Assembly (NCBI GenBank): GCA_963761305.1
Contig: CAVXGK010000002.1
Location: 2,208,001-2,272,000 of the forward strand
Direction: 5' to 3'
Source: an uncultured Gemmatimonadaceae bacterium
Lineage (GTDB): Bacteria; Gemmatimonadota; Gemmatimonadetes; Gemmatimonadales; Gemmatimonadaceae
Length of the DNA stretch: 64,000 bases
A program made the translations under genes and the position numbers. Positions 63,862 through 64,000 of the stretch are shown here, piece by piece. The notes beneath the pieces are model-generated. The model had not been told where the DNA came from, ran no database searches, and saw only the letters and a list, made by a program, of their open reading frames with translations. Position 1 is the stretch's first letter, and every line of letters begins with the position of its first letter.

Positions 63862-64000
63862 TTCGCCAATCGCGAATGCGTTGTGACGACCTGCGAGAAG
63901 CGCGGGTCAATCATGCCGGATGCCCGAAGCATCGTTCGGGAGTCCGCTTGCTCGTCACAGAGGCTCGCTCGCCGAACGGCGGAGTGGGCAATCCCTGGGT

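Noticed and set aside
63912..64000. Possible gene start at ATG 63912
   Set aside because: Too short before the window end, with no RBS or recognisable motif.

Overview
High-GC bacterial chromosome segment, most likely Gemmatimonadota (inferred from the lineage-style insertions in RpoB, RpoC, L3 and L24, the ADOP-type permease, the kinase-propeller fusion and the RGG-linker peptidase). Most of the window is the minus-strand core transcription/translation supercluster: tRNA Thr-Tyr-Gly-Thr, rpmG-secE-nusG-rplKAJL-rpoBC, rpsLG, fusA-tuf, the S10 and spc operons, secY, adk and map. The cluster is broken at three places: five accessory genes lie between rpoC and rpsL, four plus-strand genes lie between rpsG and fusA, and a GxxExxY cassette lies between secY and adk. 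The flanks carry peptidases, cysS, a CesT/YbjN-pspA-AI-2E operon, sdaAB/sdaAA, a PIN toxin-antitoxin pair, uvrA and a cutA-transglutaminase-ABC operon. The most notable signals are: (1) a GxxExxY nuclease-family gene bracketed by inverted arms of tandem octamers, plus an apparently empty bracket of the same architecture and solo octamer tracts at gene 3' ends; (2) a duplicated transcription unit encoding secreted Lys/His-rich proteins, one with 11-mer amphipathic repeats; (3) a roughly 385-nt, highly structured fusA leader ending in a terminator-like hairpin; (4) an RGG-rich uS5 extension and other ribosomal protein extensions; (5) several apparently leaderless genes. No CRISPR array, rRNA, transposase or integrase was seen. 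All family assignments come from motif recognition by eye; no database searches were run.
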